The notes under the pieces are model-generated. The model did no database searches. It worked only from the letters and a program-made list of their open reading frames with translations, and was not told where the DNA came from. A stretch of DNA of 64,000 nt, taken from positions 19,145-83,144 of the forward strand of contig JAKSCC010000189.1 in the NCBI GenBank assembly GCA_022360815.1. The letters run 5' to 3'. Of this stretch, positions 9,201 to 18,887 are shown piece after piece (positions within the stretch are counted from its first letter, which is position 1; every line of letters starts with the position of its first letter). Position numbers and translations under genes: made by a program. This DNA is from Desulfobacterales bacterium (GTDB taxonomy: Bacteria > Desulfobacterota > Desulfobacteria > Desulfobacterales > Desulfolunaceae).

Positions 9201-10547
9201 ATGAATAAGAAGTGCGTATATATATACACCATTGGATGCCAGATGAATGTCTACGATTCAGAGATGTTCAAAAAGGTGCTGAAGCCCTTGGGCTACATCC
9301 CTGTGGATGAAGTGGAAGATGCCGATCTGGTTATCGTCAACACCTGTACGGTTCGAAAAAAGGCCGAAGAGAAGGCGTTTAGCTTTCTGGGGCGTACCCG
9401 TGCCCTGAAAAAGAAGAATCCTGAGCTGATCGTTGCCATTGGCGGTTGCGTGGCACAGCAAGAAGGTGCGGCCATCATGCGGCGGATGCCTTACGTCGAT
9501 TTGGTATTCGGCACACGTGCATACAGCCGTCTTGCGGAGATGGTGGCCCGCTTTGAAGTGGATCGCATGCCTGTGGTGGATGTGGAGATGTCCACGGGAA
9601 TTTCTGAAGAACCTGCGCCTCCAGCACCGGATCACGAGGTGGAGGTGTCCCGTTTTGTCACCATCATGCGGGGGTGTGACAACTTCTGCTCCTACTGCAT
9701 TGTCCCTTATGTTCGAGGCCGCGAAGAGAGTCGGGATCCCCATGCCATTGTCTCAGAAATTCGGGATTTGGTGGCTGCGGGAGCGCGCGAAATTACGCTT
9801 CTTGGGCAAAATGTCAACTCATACGGGTTGAAGGAGGGGCTGTGTGATTTTCCTGAGCTTCTTCGGCGTGTGGCTGAAGTGGAGGGGCTTGAGCGAATTC
9901 GCTTTGCCACCTCTCACCCCAAAGATCTCTCTCCGGGGCTTGTTGAGGCGTATCGAGATCTTCCCAAGCTTTGCAATCATATCCATCTTCCGGTTCAGTC
10001 TGGATCCAATGCTGTTTTGAAAAAGATGAACCGCAAGTACACTCGGGACGACTATCTGGGACGCATCGAAAGCCTCAAAAAAGTGCGGCCCGATATCTCC
10101 ATCACCTCAGACATGATTGTCGGGTTTCCAGGTGAGACCGATGCCGATTTTGAAGAGACCCTTGACCTGGTTCGTGAGGTGGGTTTTTCAGGGATTTTTG
10201 CCTTCAAGTATTCAGATCGACCCAACGCTCCTGCTGTGAAGTATGAGGGCAAGGTCTCTGAAGAGGCCAAGAGTCGCCGACTGGATGCTCTTTTGGATCT
10301 TGAAAAGGAGCTTTCGGAAAAGAGAAACAGCTCCTATACGGGAACCGTCGTGGATGTTCTGGTTGAGGGGCGCCGGGAAGGGCGCGGGGGCTTGCAGTGG
10401 ACAGGCCGTTCCTCGTGCAACCGGGTGGTGAATTTTGTCCGTGAAAAAGAAGAAGGAGCTCCAGAGCTTGTAGGAAAAGTGGTTCCGGTTTATATTGAAG
10501 AAGGATTGCCCCACTCTCTGAGGGGCACCATGAAATCCGATATCTGA
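9201..10547 (+). CDS. miaB: tRNA i6A37 methylthiotransferase
   Basis: GCQMNVYDS, NTCTVR, GCVAQ, GCDNFCSYC, IVGFPGET, C-terminal TRAM domain. Confidence 0.95.
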   Translation: MNKKCVYIYTIGCQMNVYDSEMFKKVLKPLGYIPVDEVEDADLVIVNTCTVRKKAEEKAFSFLGRTRALKKKNPELIVAIGGCVAQQEGAAIMRRMPYVDLVFGTRAYSRLAEMVARFEVDRMPVVDVEMSTGISEEPAPPAPDHEVEVSRFVTIMRGCDNFCSYCIVPYVRGREESRDPHAIVSEIRDLVAAGAREITLLGQNVNSYGLKEGLCDFPELLRRVAEVEGLERIRFATSHPKDLSPGLVEAYRDLPKLCNHIHLPVQSGSNAVLKKMNRKYTRDDYLGRIESLKKVRPDISITSDMIVGFPGETDADFEETLDLVREVGFSGIFAFKYSDRPNAPAVKYEGKVSEEAKSRRLDALLDLEKELSEKRNSSYTGTVVDVLVEGRREGRGGLQWTGRSSCNRVVNFVREKEEGAPELVGKVVPVYIEEGLPHSLRGTMKSDI

Positions 10548-10821
10548 TTGCAGATACGCGTAGTGCCGATCACCCCGGGGCGTCCCGGGGTGTGATCCGA
10601 CCATTGGTTCCAGTCTGTTTTATCCACAAGAGTCCCTTGAAAGGGTCTCTCGCCGCCTTGGGTGTCCTGTGATGGGCACTGTCTTACACTTCCATCTCTT
10701 CTGCGATATACGTAAATTAAGGTGTCTCTCTTTGAGGCACATTCATACTCTCTTCTGCATGTTGCGTGATCTGTGCTGCGAGGCTTCCTTTTCGGTGGCT
10801 CCCTTACCAGCGAGGTGATCT

Positions 10822-11319
10822 GTGAAGCATGAGATGATCCTCTCTTCCATCGCCATGGATGAGAACACCAAGAGCCCGGTTGTGGTTTTAAAATCGAGGT
10901 CTGATGACTCTCTTCTTCCCATCTGGATCGGAGTGATGGAGGCCTCCTCCATTGTGTTTGCCATCCACAATACCCCTTTTGAGCGCCCATTGACCCACGA
11001 TCTGTTTCGCGATTTTTTGAACCATACGTCCACGGTGGTGGAGGAGGTGGAGATCACCGATTTGGTGAACAATACCTATCATGCCCGGATTGTTTTTGCC
11101 TCGGAGGCCGAGCGGTTTGAGCTGGACGCCCGCCCCAGTGATGCCATTGCCATGGCCGTGCGCTTTAAAGCGCCGATTTTTGTTCAGGAAAAAGTTCTGG
11201 CTCGGGCTCAACGGGGCCCTGATGAGTCTGAGGTGGCTGACGAGAGCCATGAAGGCAAGCGTTGGGCCGAGTACTTGAAAAATCTTAACCCTGAAGATTT
11301 TGGTAAGTACAAGGTGTGA
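10822..11319 (+). CDS. bifunctional nuclease family (DUF151) protein
   Basis: LPIWIG, RPLTHDL, DARPSDAIA motifs; GTG start after GAGGTG. Confidence 0.9.
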   Translation: MKHEMILSSIAMDENTKSPVVVLKSRSDDSLLPIWIGVMEASSIVFAIHNTPFERPLTHDLFRDFLNHTSTVVEEVEITDLVNNTYHARIVFASEAERFELDARPSDAIAMAVRFKAPIFVQEKVLARAQRGPDESEVADESHEGKRWAEYLKNLNPEDFGKYKV

Positions 11320-11451
11320 GCGGGTTTGGATAAGGGCAAAAAATGTGGTGACGCTGCGTGGTGACCTGCTATATGCTTGGGCAAAACAGATTTAAGCCCC
11401 TTGCCGATTTTGTGTAAGGGGGTGACCGATTTTCCAAGGAGCCATGCACGC

Positions 11452-12090
11452 ATGATTGATCTTCACTCTCATACTTTTTTCAGCGACGGGATGCTTGTGG
11501 CCTCAGAGTTGGCTCGTAGGGCCGAGGCCAAGGGGCTTACGGCTTTGGGGATGACGGACCACGGTGATCTCTCCAATATCGATTTTATTGTTCCCCGCCT
11601 TGTGGAGGTGGCAAGGCGTTTGAATGACGTGATGAAGCTTCATCTGATTCCCGGTATTGAATTGACCCATGTGCACCCTGCACATATTTCCGAGGCCGCT
11701 GAGATGGCAAGATCTTTGGGGGCTCGGATTGTGATTGTTCACGGGGAAACAGTGGTGGAGCCTGTGGCTTCAGGTACCAATCGGGCCGCCATTGAAGCCG
11801 GTGTGGATGTTTTGGCACACCCGGGATGTATCACGTTAGAAGAGGCGAAACTTGCCGCTGAAAAGGGCGTTTTGCTTGAGATTACAGCCCGAGGAGGCCA
11901 CAGTCTTACCAATGGTCACGTGGCCAAAATGGCCATTGAAGCTGGGGCGGATCTGGTGATCAATACCGACTCCCATGCGCCGGGAGATCTTATTGATGAG
12001 GCGTTTGCGCGTATTGTGGTGACCGGAGCGGGGCTTTCTGTATCTTGTTTTGAAACCATGCAGGCCAATGCCAGACGATTTATCGACTAA
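11452..12090 (+). CDS. PHP-domain metallophosphoesterase
   Basis: DLHSHTFFSDG, TDH, GIELTH, HGET, LAHPG, NTDSH. Confidence 0.9.
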   Translation: MIDLHSHTFFSDGMLVASELARRAEAKGLTALGMTDHGDLSNIDFIVPRLVEVARRLNDVMKLHLIPGIELTHVHPAHISEAAEMARSLGARIVIVHGETVVEPVASGTNRAAIEAGVDVLAHPGCITLEEAKLAAEKGVLLEITARGGHSLTNGHVAKMAIEAGADLVINTDSHAPGDLIDEAFARIVVTGAGLSVSCFETMQANARRFID

Positions 12091-12262
12091 TCCACTCTTT
12101 CGAAACCATTATCTTTAGGCAAGGCGCTCTATTTCTTTGATTTAAAGAATGTTTTATGGAATACTGTGTGTGCTTTTAAGGAACATTGATTGTGTCAGTA
12201 AGTTAAGGTTGGATAAATGGCATAAACGGTTGTTCAGCGTTGTGATGTACAACGGAGCGAGC

Positions 12263-12661
12263 ATGGTACCACTTCTCGTTATTGACGATGATCGGGCACT
12301 TTTGGGGCTCTACCACCAGATGCTAGAGCGGGCAGGATACACCGTTCATACCGCGACCAGTGGTGAAGAAGGTATCCGTATGTTTGACCGGGGTGACTAT
12401 GCGCTGGTTATTACGGATCTGATTATGGGTGGCCTGGATGGCAATCGGGTGGCGGGGCATATACGCGGCACAGAGCGGGGATGTGTGATTCCTATTATCG
12501 GAATCTCCGGAACCCCGTGGCGGGCTGAAAGGCATCAGTTCGATGCGGTGATGCTTAAGCCGGTCTCCATGAAAGAGCTGGTTAGCAGCGTGCGGGTTTT
12601 GGTGGGTGTCCCCGACGGCGAGGGCGATGACTCCAGTTGCATGAGGTCGGTGGCTCCATAA
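12263..12661 (+). CDS. single-domain response regulator (receiver)
   Basis: IDDD, ITDLIMGGLDG (phospho-Asp), ISG, LKP. Confidence 0.85.
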   Translation: MVPLLVIDDDRALLGLYHQMLERAGYTVHTATSGEEGIRMFDRGDYALVITDLIMGGLDGNRVAGHIRGTERGCVIPIIGISGTPWRAERHQFDAVMLKPVSMKELVSSVRVLVGVPDGEGDDSSCMRSVAP

Positions 12662-12671
12662 GGGAGAGGCC

Positions 12672-12772
12672 AAAAAAAGGCGGCAGGGGAAAGAGCGAGA
12701 TCTTTTCCCCTGCCGCCATTTCAATTGAAAAAAAATGTGCGCGACAGGTGCGGCGTTATCCGCGCCTTTTTT
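12672..12772. terminator. two terminator hairpins between convergent genes
   Basis: A7-ggcggcaggggaaa...ttttcccctgccgcc (minus-strand terminator) and aggtgcgg-N6-ccgcgcct followed by a T run (plus-strand terminator). Confidence 0.7.
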
Positions 12773-12784
12773 ATTGGGCAGTCT

Positions 12785-14185
12785 TTAAGCTGCCCCGGCA
12801 CTTTGCTGGCCGATGGCACGATCTGCAAAGCGAAGGTCCACAAACGCGTTGAGATCGATCAATTTCCCGATGCCCATCTTGTGATACATGTAGTTCTGAA
12901 TCTTGTCGAGATCCTCAATGGAGGGGTAGAGATCGTCCATGGTGATGCCGTTTTTCTGGCTGAGAACCTGAAGAAGAACAGGGAGAGAGAGACCGAGTTT
13001 GCCTTCGGGGTCCAAAAACTTAAGGGCGATTTCTGCGGCCCCTTTTTTGTTTTCGGAGACAAAGCGTCCTGCCTTGACAAGAAGTTCGGTGAGCTCCTGG
13101 ACAGCTTCAGGCTGCTGATGGATAAGCTCCTGCCTTAAAGCCACCACGCAGCAGGGATGATCTGGCCACATGGCCCCCGAGGTGAACTCCATGGAACCGA
13201 GGCCCGAGGAGGCAGCGCGAGTGCAGATGGGCTCAGCCACGATAAATCCACCCACCGAGTCATCTTCTTTCATAATGGGCGGCATTTTGATGGGGGGAAC
13301 CACTTCAAATCGCACGTTGATCCCTTTTTGTCCAGGAACACCGGGTTTTAAGCCTATGTCCGTGAGATATTTGTGGGCCAGCATGTTGTGAATGGACATC
13401 TTGTGAGGGATGTTAATCACTTTGTATTTGTAGAAGCCCTCCTTCTCTTCGAAAGGCCCCTCTTCATAACGGGAACTTCGTACAAAACCGCTGCCGTTTT
13501 TGTGGGCAAAAAGAACCAGGCGGATGGGGACATTGTAGGCGAAAAGGTCCATGGCGATGGGGGCCAGAACCATGGCACCAGAGACTTCTCCGGTCTCCAG
13601 TTTTTCCTGAACCGGGTTCCACCCGGGAAGCCGTTCTGTTTCGAGAATAAATTTTTCGGGTGAGATGGTGCCTGCGTCAATCCAGTGCTTTAGGATACCC
13701 AGGGCTAGGTGGTCTGTGATTTGAATATGTCCCAGGCGAATCACCACTTTGCCGTCACGGATTTCAGGTATGTGGGTGCTGGGGGCTGAGTCGGCATCTT
13801 CCTTGCTGAAGGCTTTTTCGATGGCGTTTTTGAGCTCTATCTCATCAAAGGGTTTGGGAACATGCCCGTTGCTTCCAGCTTCGCGAGCGACTTCCTGTTG
13901 GGTTTTGTCCCCTTGGGCTGTGGCCATGATAAAGGGAATCTCTTTAAAGGCAGCGTGCTTTCGAACCTCTTTGAGAAACTCAAGACCATCCATTTTGGGC
14001 ATGTTCCAGTCACTGATGATGAGTTGAAATGGCCCCTCTTTTTCCAGTTTCTCAAGGGCATCGATTCCATCGGTTGCCAGGGTGATGTTGGGAAATCCTG
14101 CTTTATTGAGGTACTGGCGGAACATGACGCGCATGGTTCCAGAGTCATCAATAGCCAATATATTCATATCCATATCAAGGGACAT
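12785..14185 (-). CDS. CheY-like receiver fused to NrtA/CmpA/NasS-type substrate-binding domain
   Basis: N-terminus: AIDDS, ISDWNMPKMDG, MATA, PKPF; C-terminus: GHIQITDH, HKNGS, VVPP, GFIVAEP, WPDHPCC; no signal peptide; ATG after AAGGAG. Confidence 0.85.
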   Translation of the reverse strand: MSLDMDMNILAIDDSGTMRVMFRQYLNKAGFPNITLATDGIDALEKLEKEGPFQLIISDWNMPKMDGLEFLKEVRKHAAFKEIPFIMATAQGDKTQQEVAREAGSNGHVPKPFDEIELKNAIEKAFSKEDADSAPSTHIPEIRDGKVVIRLGHIQITDHLALGILKHWIDAGTISPEKFILETERLPGWNPVQEKLETGEVSGAMVLAPIAMDLFAYNVPIRLVLFAHKNGSGFVRSSRYEEGPFEEKEGFYKYKVINIPHKMSIHNMLAHKYLTDIGLKPGVPGQKGINVRFEVVPPIKMPPIMKEDDSVGGFIVAEPICTRAASSGLGSMEFTSGAMWPDHPCCVVALRQELIHQQPEAVQELTELLVKAGRFVSENKKGAAEIALKFLDPEGKLGLSLPVLLQVLSQKNGITMDDLYPSIEDLDKIQNYMYHKMGIGKLIDLNAFVDLRFADRAIGQQSAGAA

Positions 14186-14314
14186 CGGGTTCTCCTTCAT
14201 TGATCCACGTAAGACATCTACTGTCTCTCTTTCCATCGTCACTTTTTTGGGAAGATTTAATACTTTTTTATGGGAGCACTTATTTTGATGGGAAAAGAGA
14301 GTGGGGGGATATTT

Positions 14315-15175
14315 TTAGAGAAGAGACGCGATGAGAGGGGCGAGTTGCTGGCTGTCAAGGTACTCTCCGGTGGCAAGAAAGTCGGCCTTGCAAGGCAAGT
14401 GAAAGGTGGGCGCACCAGAAGAGGCTTTGGCTGATGACGCAAGAAGCTCTTCTGCGAGTCGGTTGATGCGTTTCTGGTACTGGCTCTCTCCCTTGCAGCG
14501 CATCACAAGTACGGCAGCGGTATACTCGGGCCAGAGTTGATGGCAGTGCATGAGCTGTGAAGCTGTTTGGGTGTCGAGAAGCGTTGTAAGGGCAGGTTCT
14601 TCCACCACGGCGGCCCCAATCTCTCCACCGGGGTTGAGGCGCAGGGCTTCAGGGATAAGATCGAAAGCCATGGGTTCGGCATGGAGGGCTGTGGTGCAGG
14701 CCTCTTCATGGTTTTCAAGGGTAAGTTCAAGCCCACACTCTTTAAAAAGACGGTGGGCCAGAAGGTATTCCATGGAGCCGATGCAGGAGAAAAGCACACG
14801 TTTTCCACTGAGCTGGCGCATGTCGGTGACAGGGTTGCTTCCGGGTGTCAGGAGGGCGCTGCCCGTGTCTTTGATGCAGACCAGTGCGGTTAGCCCCTTT
14901 TGCCAGCGGGCCAAAACGTGAGCAAAGGGCAGTGGAAGAAGGCCGCCATCAAGCCATCCTTTAAGGATACCTCTGGCAATACGGCGTGAGCTTCCTGCCA
15001 TGACAGGAGAGAGAGTATTGGAAAGGGAGGGGTTGGCCTTGCACATGTCGAGCATGGCGGTGTGGGATGCGAGGTTGAGATATCCAATATGAAACACGCT
15101 CCCTCCTTGGCTCAGAAAAACAGTCGACCCGGTGGGAGATGGGACGGCTGGAATAACAGGGGATTTTATCCGCAT
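14315..15175 (-). CDS. degenerate NrtA/NasS-like substrate-binding domain protein
   Basis: HIGYL, SMEYLLAHR, AVVEEP and WPEY align loosely with the neighbouring binding domain; no signal peptide. Confidence 0.6.
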   Translation of the reverse strand: MRIKSPVIPAVPSPTGSTVFLSQGGSVFHIGYLNLASHTAMLDMCKANPSLSNTLSPVMAGSSRRIARGILKGWLDGGLLPLPFAHVLARWQKGLTALVCIKDTGSALLTPGSNPVTDMRQLSGKRVLFSCIGSMEYLLAHRLFKECGLELTLENHEEACTTALHAEPMAFDLIPEALRLNPGGEIGAAVVEEPALTTLLDTQTASQLMHCHQLWPEYTAAVLVMRCKGESQYQKRINRLAEELLASSAKASSGAPTFHLPCKADFLATGEYLDSQQLAPLIASLL

Positions 15176-15282
15176 GGGTTAACAGAGTTGATCTCTTTTT
15201 TCAAGTGTGCTTTTCTGCAGGAAGAGGCAGAGCTTATCCCCTTTTTTATGCGATGTGGACTTTTACGAATCAGAGGTTTTTT

Positions 15283-15603
15283 GTGACGGCAGTGATTGCA
15301 GCAGATCCCCAGGAGATTGAAGAGGGCGAAGAAGCCATGGTCTCCCGGGTGGTGGATGGGTTAAACCCAGAGCCCGTTATCTCTTTTCTTAAAAACGTCT
15401 TCAATGTGGATGCAGTGGAAGTGGAGGGCGTGCATCTTGCTGCCTACAAAGGAGAACCTGTTTTTCGGTTGGATCTTGCGCTTTCCATTTCAAAAAGGGG
15501 CGAGATTACGGTGCCTCTGCCCCATATCTGTCGAGATAAAGATGAGCTGGCGCGGCGAAGCCGCCTTTTTTGGCGGAATTTGGTGCGTCGTCAGCAGAGC
15601 TGA
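15283..15603 (+). CDS. hypothetical protein
   Basis: GTG after GAGG; ADPQEIEEGE...VFRLDL globular-looking segment. Confidence 0.55.
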   Translation: MTAVIAADPQEIEEGEEAMVSRVVDGLNPEPVISFLKNVFNVDAVEVEGVHLAAYKGEPVFRLDLALSISKRGEITVPLPHICRDKDELARRSRLFWRNLVRRQQS

Positions 15604-15788
15604 TCTGTTTCTCTTTTCCAATACAACACTCTGGATCATGGCGGCGTCCTGTGATAGGAGGTCCCCAGAATTTCCGCTTTTTTTCTCTCAATCAATTGTA
15701 GGATTTCATCTGTGATGCTTTCCAGGCATCGGCTCCTTCAAAAAAGGGTGCATGTGGATGAAGTCATGAAATATGAGGATACCACGAC

Positions 15789-17150
15789 ATGGATCACGTG
15801 AAGGCGCTGACCGTACTCGACGGCAGATACAGCAGACTTACCCGTTCGCTTTGCGATATCTTTTCTGAATATGGGCTGATTCGACACAGGGTATTGGTAG
15901 AGGCCCGCTGGTTGGAGTTCATTATTGATGACCTGGGCTTTGCCTCCCCAGAAGCAGGGTGGAAAGAGGTTGTTCAAGGCATCGCAGAGAATTTTGATGA
16001 GGCCGGTGCCCTGCGCGTGAAAGAGATTGAGCGCACCACCAATCATGATGTAAAGGCGGTGGAATACTATATTAAAGAGAAGCTGGATGAGGCGGGGCTT
16101 TCCAAAATTCGTGAATGGACCCATTTTGCCTGCACTTCCGATGATATCAACAACACGGCTTACGCTCTGATGATCAAGGCAGGACGCGATGAGATTCTCA
16201 AGGTCATGGAGGAGCTTGTTTCATGTGTGGAGGCTTTGGCAAAAGAGTGGCGTGACAAGCCCATGATGTCCAGAACCCATGGTCAACCCGCAACGCCCAC
16301 AACAGTGGGCAAAGAGTTGGTGAATTTTGCATGGCGCATTCGGCGGGAGATGAAGCAGCTGGCCTCCGTGGATATCGGTGCCAAGATGAACGGTGCCACC
16401 GGTGGGTACAACGCCCATTGGGCCGCTTTTCCAGAAATCTCCTGGATTGAAGCCGGAGAACGCTTTGTGCGGGATTATCTTAAGGTAAGCCCGCTCTTTT
16501 ACACCACCCAGATCAACCCCAACAGCTATATTGCCGAAACCCTTCACTCCATGGTTCGGGCTGCCTCCATTTTGATCGATATGGATCGCGACATGTGGGG
16601 TTATATCTCCCTTGGTTATTTCAAACAGAAAACCAAAGAGGGGGAAGTCGGCTCTTCCACCATGCCGCACAAGGTGAACCCCATCGATTTCGAAAACTCA
16701 GAAGGAAATTTGGGCGTTGCCATCTCCATGATGGATCATCTGGCCGTAAAATTGTTGAATTCCCGCTTTCAGAGGGATTTGACCGACAGCACCGTACTTC
16801 GCAACATGGGCGCACTCTTTGGGTATGTGATGATCGGTATGAAAAATACCATCAAAGGACTTGGCAAGGTGGAACTCAATGAAGCGGCGATGCTGGCCGA
16901 TCTGGATGAGAATCAGGCGCTTTTGGCCGAGCCCATTCAAACGGTGATGCGTGTCTATGGTGAGGAAAATCCCTATGAAAAACTCAAAGCTCTGACCCGG
17001 GGTGTGCGTATCACCCAGGATGAGTTGGTTGCCTTTGTGGATTCCCTTGAAAAGGTGCCAGCCGAGGCCAAAGCGCGCATGAAAGAGCTCACCCCTGCAC
17101 GTTATATTGGGTTGGCCATCCAGCAGGTGGATCACTACTTTAAGAAGTAG
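15789..17150 (+). CDS. purB: adenylosuccinate lyase
   Basis: LDGRY, TNHDVKAVEY, HFACTSDD, RTHGQ, GSSTMPHKVNPIDFENSEGN. Confidence 0.96.
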   Translation: MDHVKALTVLDGRYSRLTRSLCDIFSEYGLIRHRVLVEARWLEFIIDDLGFASPEAGWKEVVQGIAENFDEAGALRVKEIERTTNHDVKAVEYYIKEKLDEAGLSKIREWTHFACTSDDINNTAYALMIKAGRDEILKVMEELVSCVEALAKEWRDKPMMSRTHGQPATPTTVGKELVNFAWRIRREMKQLASVDIGAKMNGATGGYNAHWAAFPEISWIEAGERFVRDYLKVSPLFYTTQINPNSYIAETLHSMVRAASILIDMDRDMWGYISLGYFKQKTKEGEVGSSTMPHKVNPIDFENSEGNLGVAISMMDHLAVKLLNSRFQRDLTDSTVLRNMGALFGYVMIGMKNTIKGLGKVELNEAAMLADLDENQALLAEPIQTVMRVYGEENPYEKLKALTRGVRITQDELVAFVDSLEKVPAEAKARMKELTPARYIGLAIQQVDHYFKK

Positions 17151-17209
17151 AGAAAGACAGGCGGATTGCATTTTTTTTACGGCGTTTTTTGCAAAAGCAA
17201 AAGGCGCCG

Positions 17210-18640
17210 TTATTTTTTGAGTCGATGGGTGAGGTCGTAGCGTTTGAGCATGGCATAAAGGTGGGAGCGTGAGAGTCCTGAGATGCGTAGCATGCGCAGA
17301 ACACACCCTTGGGTGTGGCGGATGAGTTGTTTTAAGTACGTCGACTCCACCCGATTTCTTACCTCCTTGATGGAAGGCTCACCCTTGGAGAAGAAGCTCG
17401 GGTTGGGTTCAGAAGGAGGCGACTCTGGGGCTTGGCGAGGCGCACCCTCTTCCACCGAAAGCTTCGCCACCTCAATACGAATCTCCTGGGGAAGATCCAT
17501 GACGTGGACCGCCGGGCGCTCGGCTGAGGCAAAAAAAGCGTGCTCTACCACATTGAAAAGCTCACGCACATTGCCGGGCCAGGGGCAGCGCTTGAGCATA
17601 TCAAAAAAGCCGGGCTCGAATCGTTTGTCCGGAAGGCCGTAGAGAGCGGCGAGCCTCTGGGTGTGGTGCTGAGCCAAAAGGGGAATATCGTCACAGCGCT
17701 TACGAAGAGGGGGCAACTCGACGGTGAGGGTACGCAGTCGAAAGAGCAAGTCTCGTCTGAAGCGGCCTTCTTCTACCATTTGTGGTAGGTTTCGATTGGT
17801 GGCGGCAATAAGGCGAAAATCACTGGTCACCTCAGTGGTCTTTCCTACGGGCCGGAACCGTTTCTCTTGAAGGACCCTTAAAAAGGTCTTCTGGAGGGAA
17901 AGGGGCATTTCACCAATCTCATCAAGAAAAAGGGTCCCCTTGTCTGCGGCTTTTACCAGGCCAGCATGCTCTTTATCGGCGCTGGTAAAAGCACCTTTTC
18001 CATGGCCGAAAAGGGTGCTTTCTACCAAGGTTTCGGTGAGAGAAGCACAGTCCACCGTGATAAAAGGGTTCCCTTTTCGTGAGCTGTTGGCGTGGATGGT
18101 GCGGGCAAAAAGCTCTTTTCCTGTGCCTGTTTCTCCGGTGATGAGAATGCTGGAGTCGCCGGCTGCGGCCCGGGCCATGGCATCAAAGCTGGCGGCCAGA
18201 GCCTGGCTCTCTCCGATGATATCGCTTCGGTGAAGGGGAGGGGGCTGGTAGAGTTTTTGAGCACTGCGATGGGTGAGGGCTCGAACAATGGCCTGCCGGG
18301 TTTCGTTGATGGAGCAGGGTTTGACCAGAAATTCTAATGCCCCTTTTTTTATGGATGTGCTTGCAGACTCCGGGTCGCCTTGGCCGGTAATCACCACCAG
18401 CTCGGGGCTGGAGGCGCTGCTCCGAAAAAGATCAATATGATCCACACCCTTTCCATCGGGAAGAAAAAGGTCAAGAAGAATCAGATCAACGGGCCTTTCT
18501 GTAAGAAGAGATGTCGCCTCTTCAATCGAACCTGTCCCATAAAATCGGTGCCCCATGCGGGAGATGAGGCTCTCCATACTCTCTCTAAAGAGTTCATCAT
18601 CATCGATCACAAGGATCACAGCTTGTTCCAATATACTCAT
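17210..18640 (-). CDS. sigma54-dependent response regulator (NtrC family)
   Basis: Receiver, GETGTGKE, GAFTSA (GAFTGA variant), LFLDEIGE, AATNR, WPGNVREL, C-terminal Fis-type HTH. Confidence 0.93.
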   Translation of the reverse strand: MSILEQAVILVIDDDELFRESMESLISRMGHRFYGTGSIEEATSLLTERPVDLILLDLFLPDGKGVDHIDLFRSSASSPELVVITGQGDPESASTSIKKGALEFLVKPCSINETRQAIVRALTHRSAQKLYQPPPLHRSDIIGESQALAASFDAMARAAAGDSSILITGETGTGKELFARTIHANSSRKGNPFITVDCASLTETLVESTLFGHGKGAFTSADKEHAGLVKAADKGTLFLDEIGEMPLSLQKTFLRVLQEKRFRPVGKTTEVTSDFRLIAATNRNLPQMVEEGRFRRDLLFRLRTLTVELPPLRKRCDDIPLLAQHHTQRLAALYGLPDKRFEPGFFDMLKRCPWPGNVRELFNVVEHAFFASAERPAVHVMDLPQEIRIEVAKLSVEEGAPRQAPESPPSEPNPSFFSKGEPSIKEVRNRVESTYLKQLIRHTQGCVLRMLRISGLSRSHLYAMLKRYDLTHRLKK

Positions 18641-18887
18641 AAATCTCCTGCCATCCTTCCCCCCATAGCCTGAAACGCTTTGTAATTGATGGATTTCATG
18701 ATTCAGGCCGGATTTGCCACATCAAAATACACAGACTCTAAGTCAATGGCAATGTAAAAATGTGAGGTTTCAAGTAACATGATGCCAATGCCTTATCATT
18801 CCTCTATTTGAGAGTTGACAGGGCCAGGAAGAGGGCGTACCTCCAGTATCAAGAGGATACAAAAGAGCGAACACAAGGGAGAGTTGC

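Noticed and set aside
18772-18788. Minus-strand TTGGCATCATGTTACT as a sigma54 promoter
   Set aside because: The conserved -12 GC is AC; insufficient support
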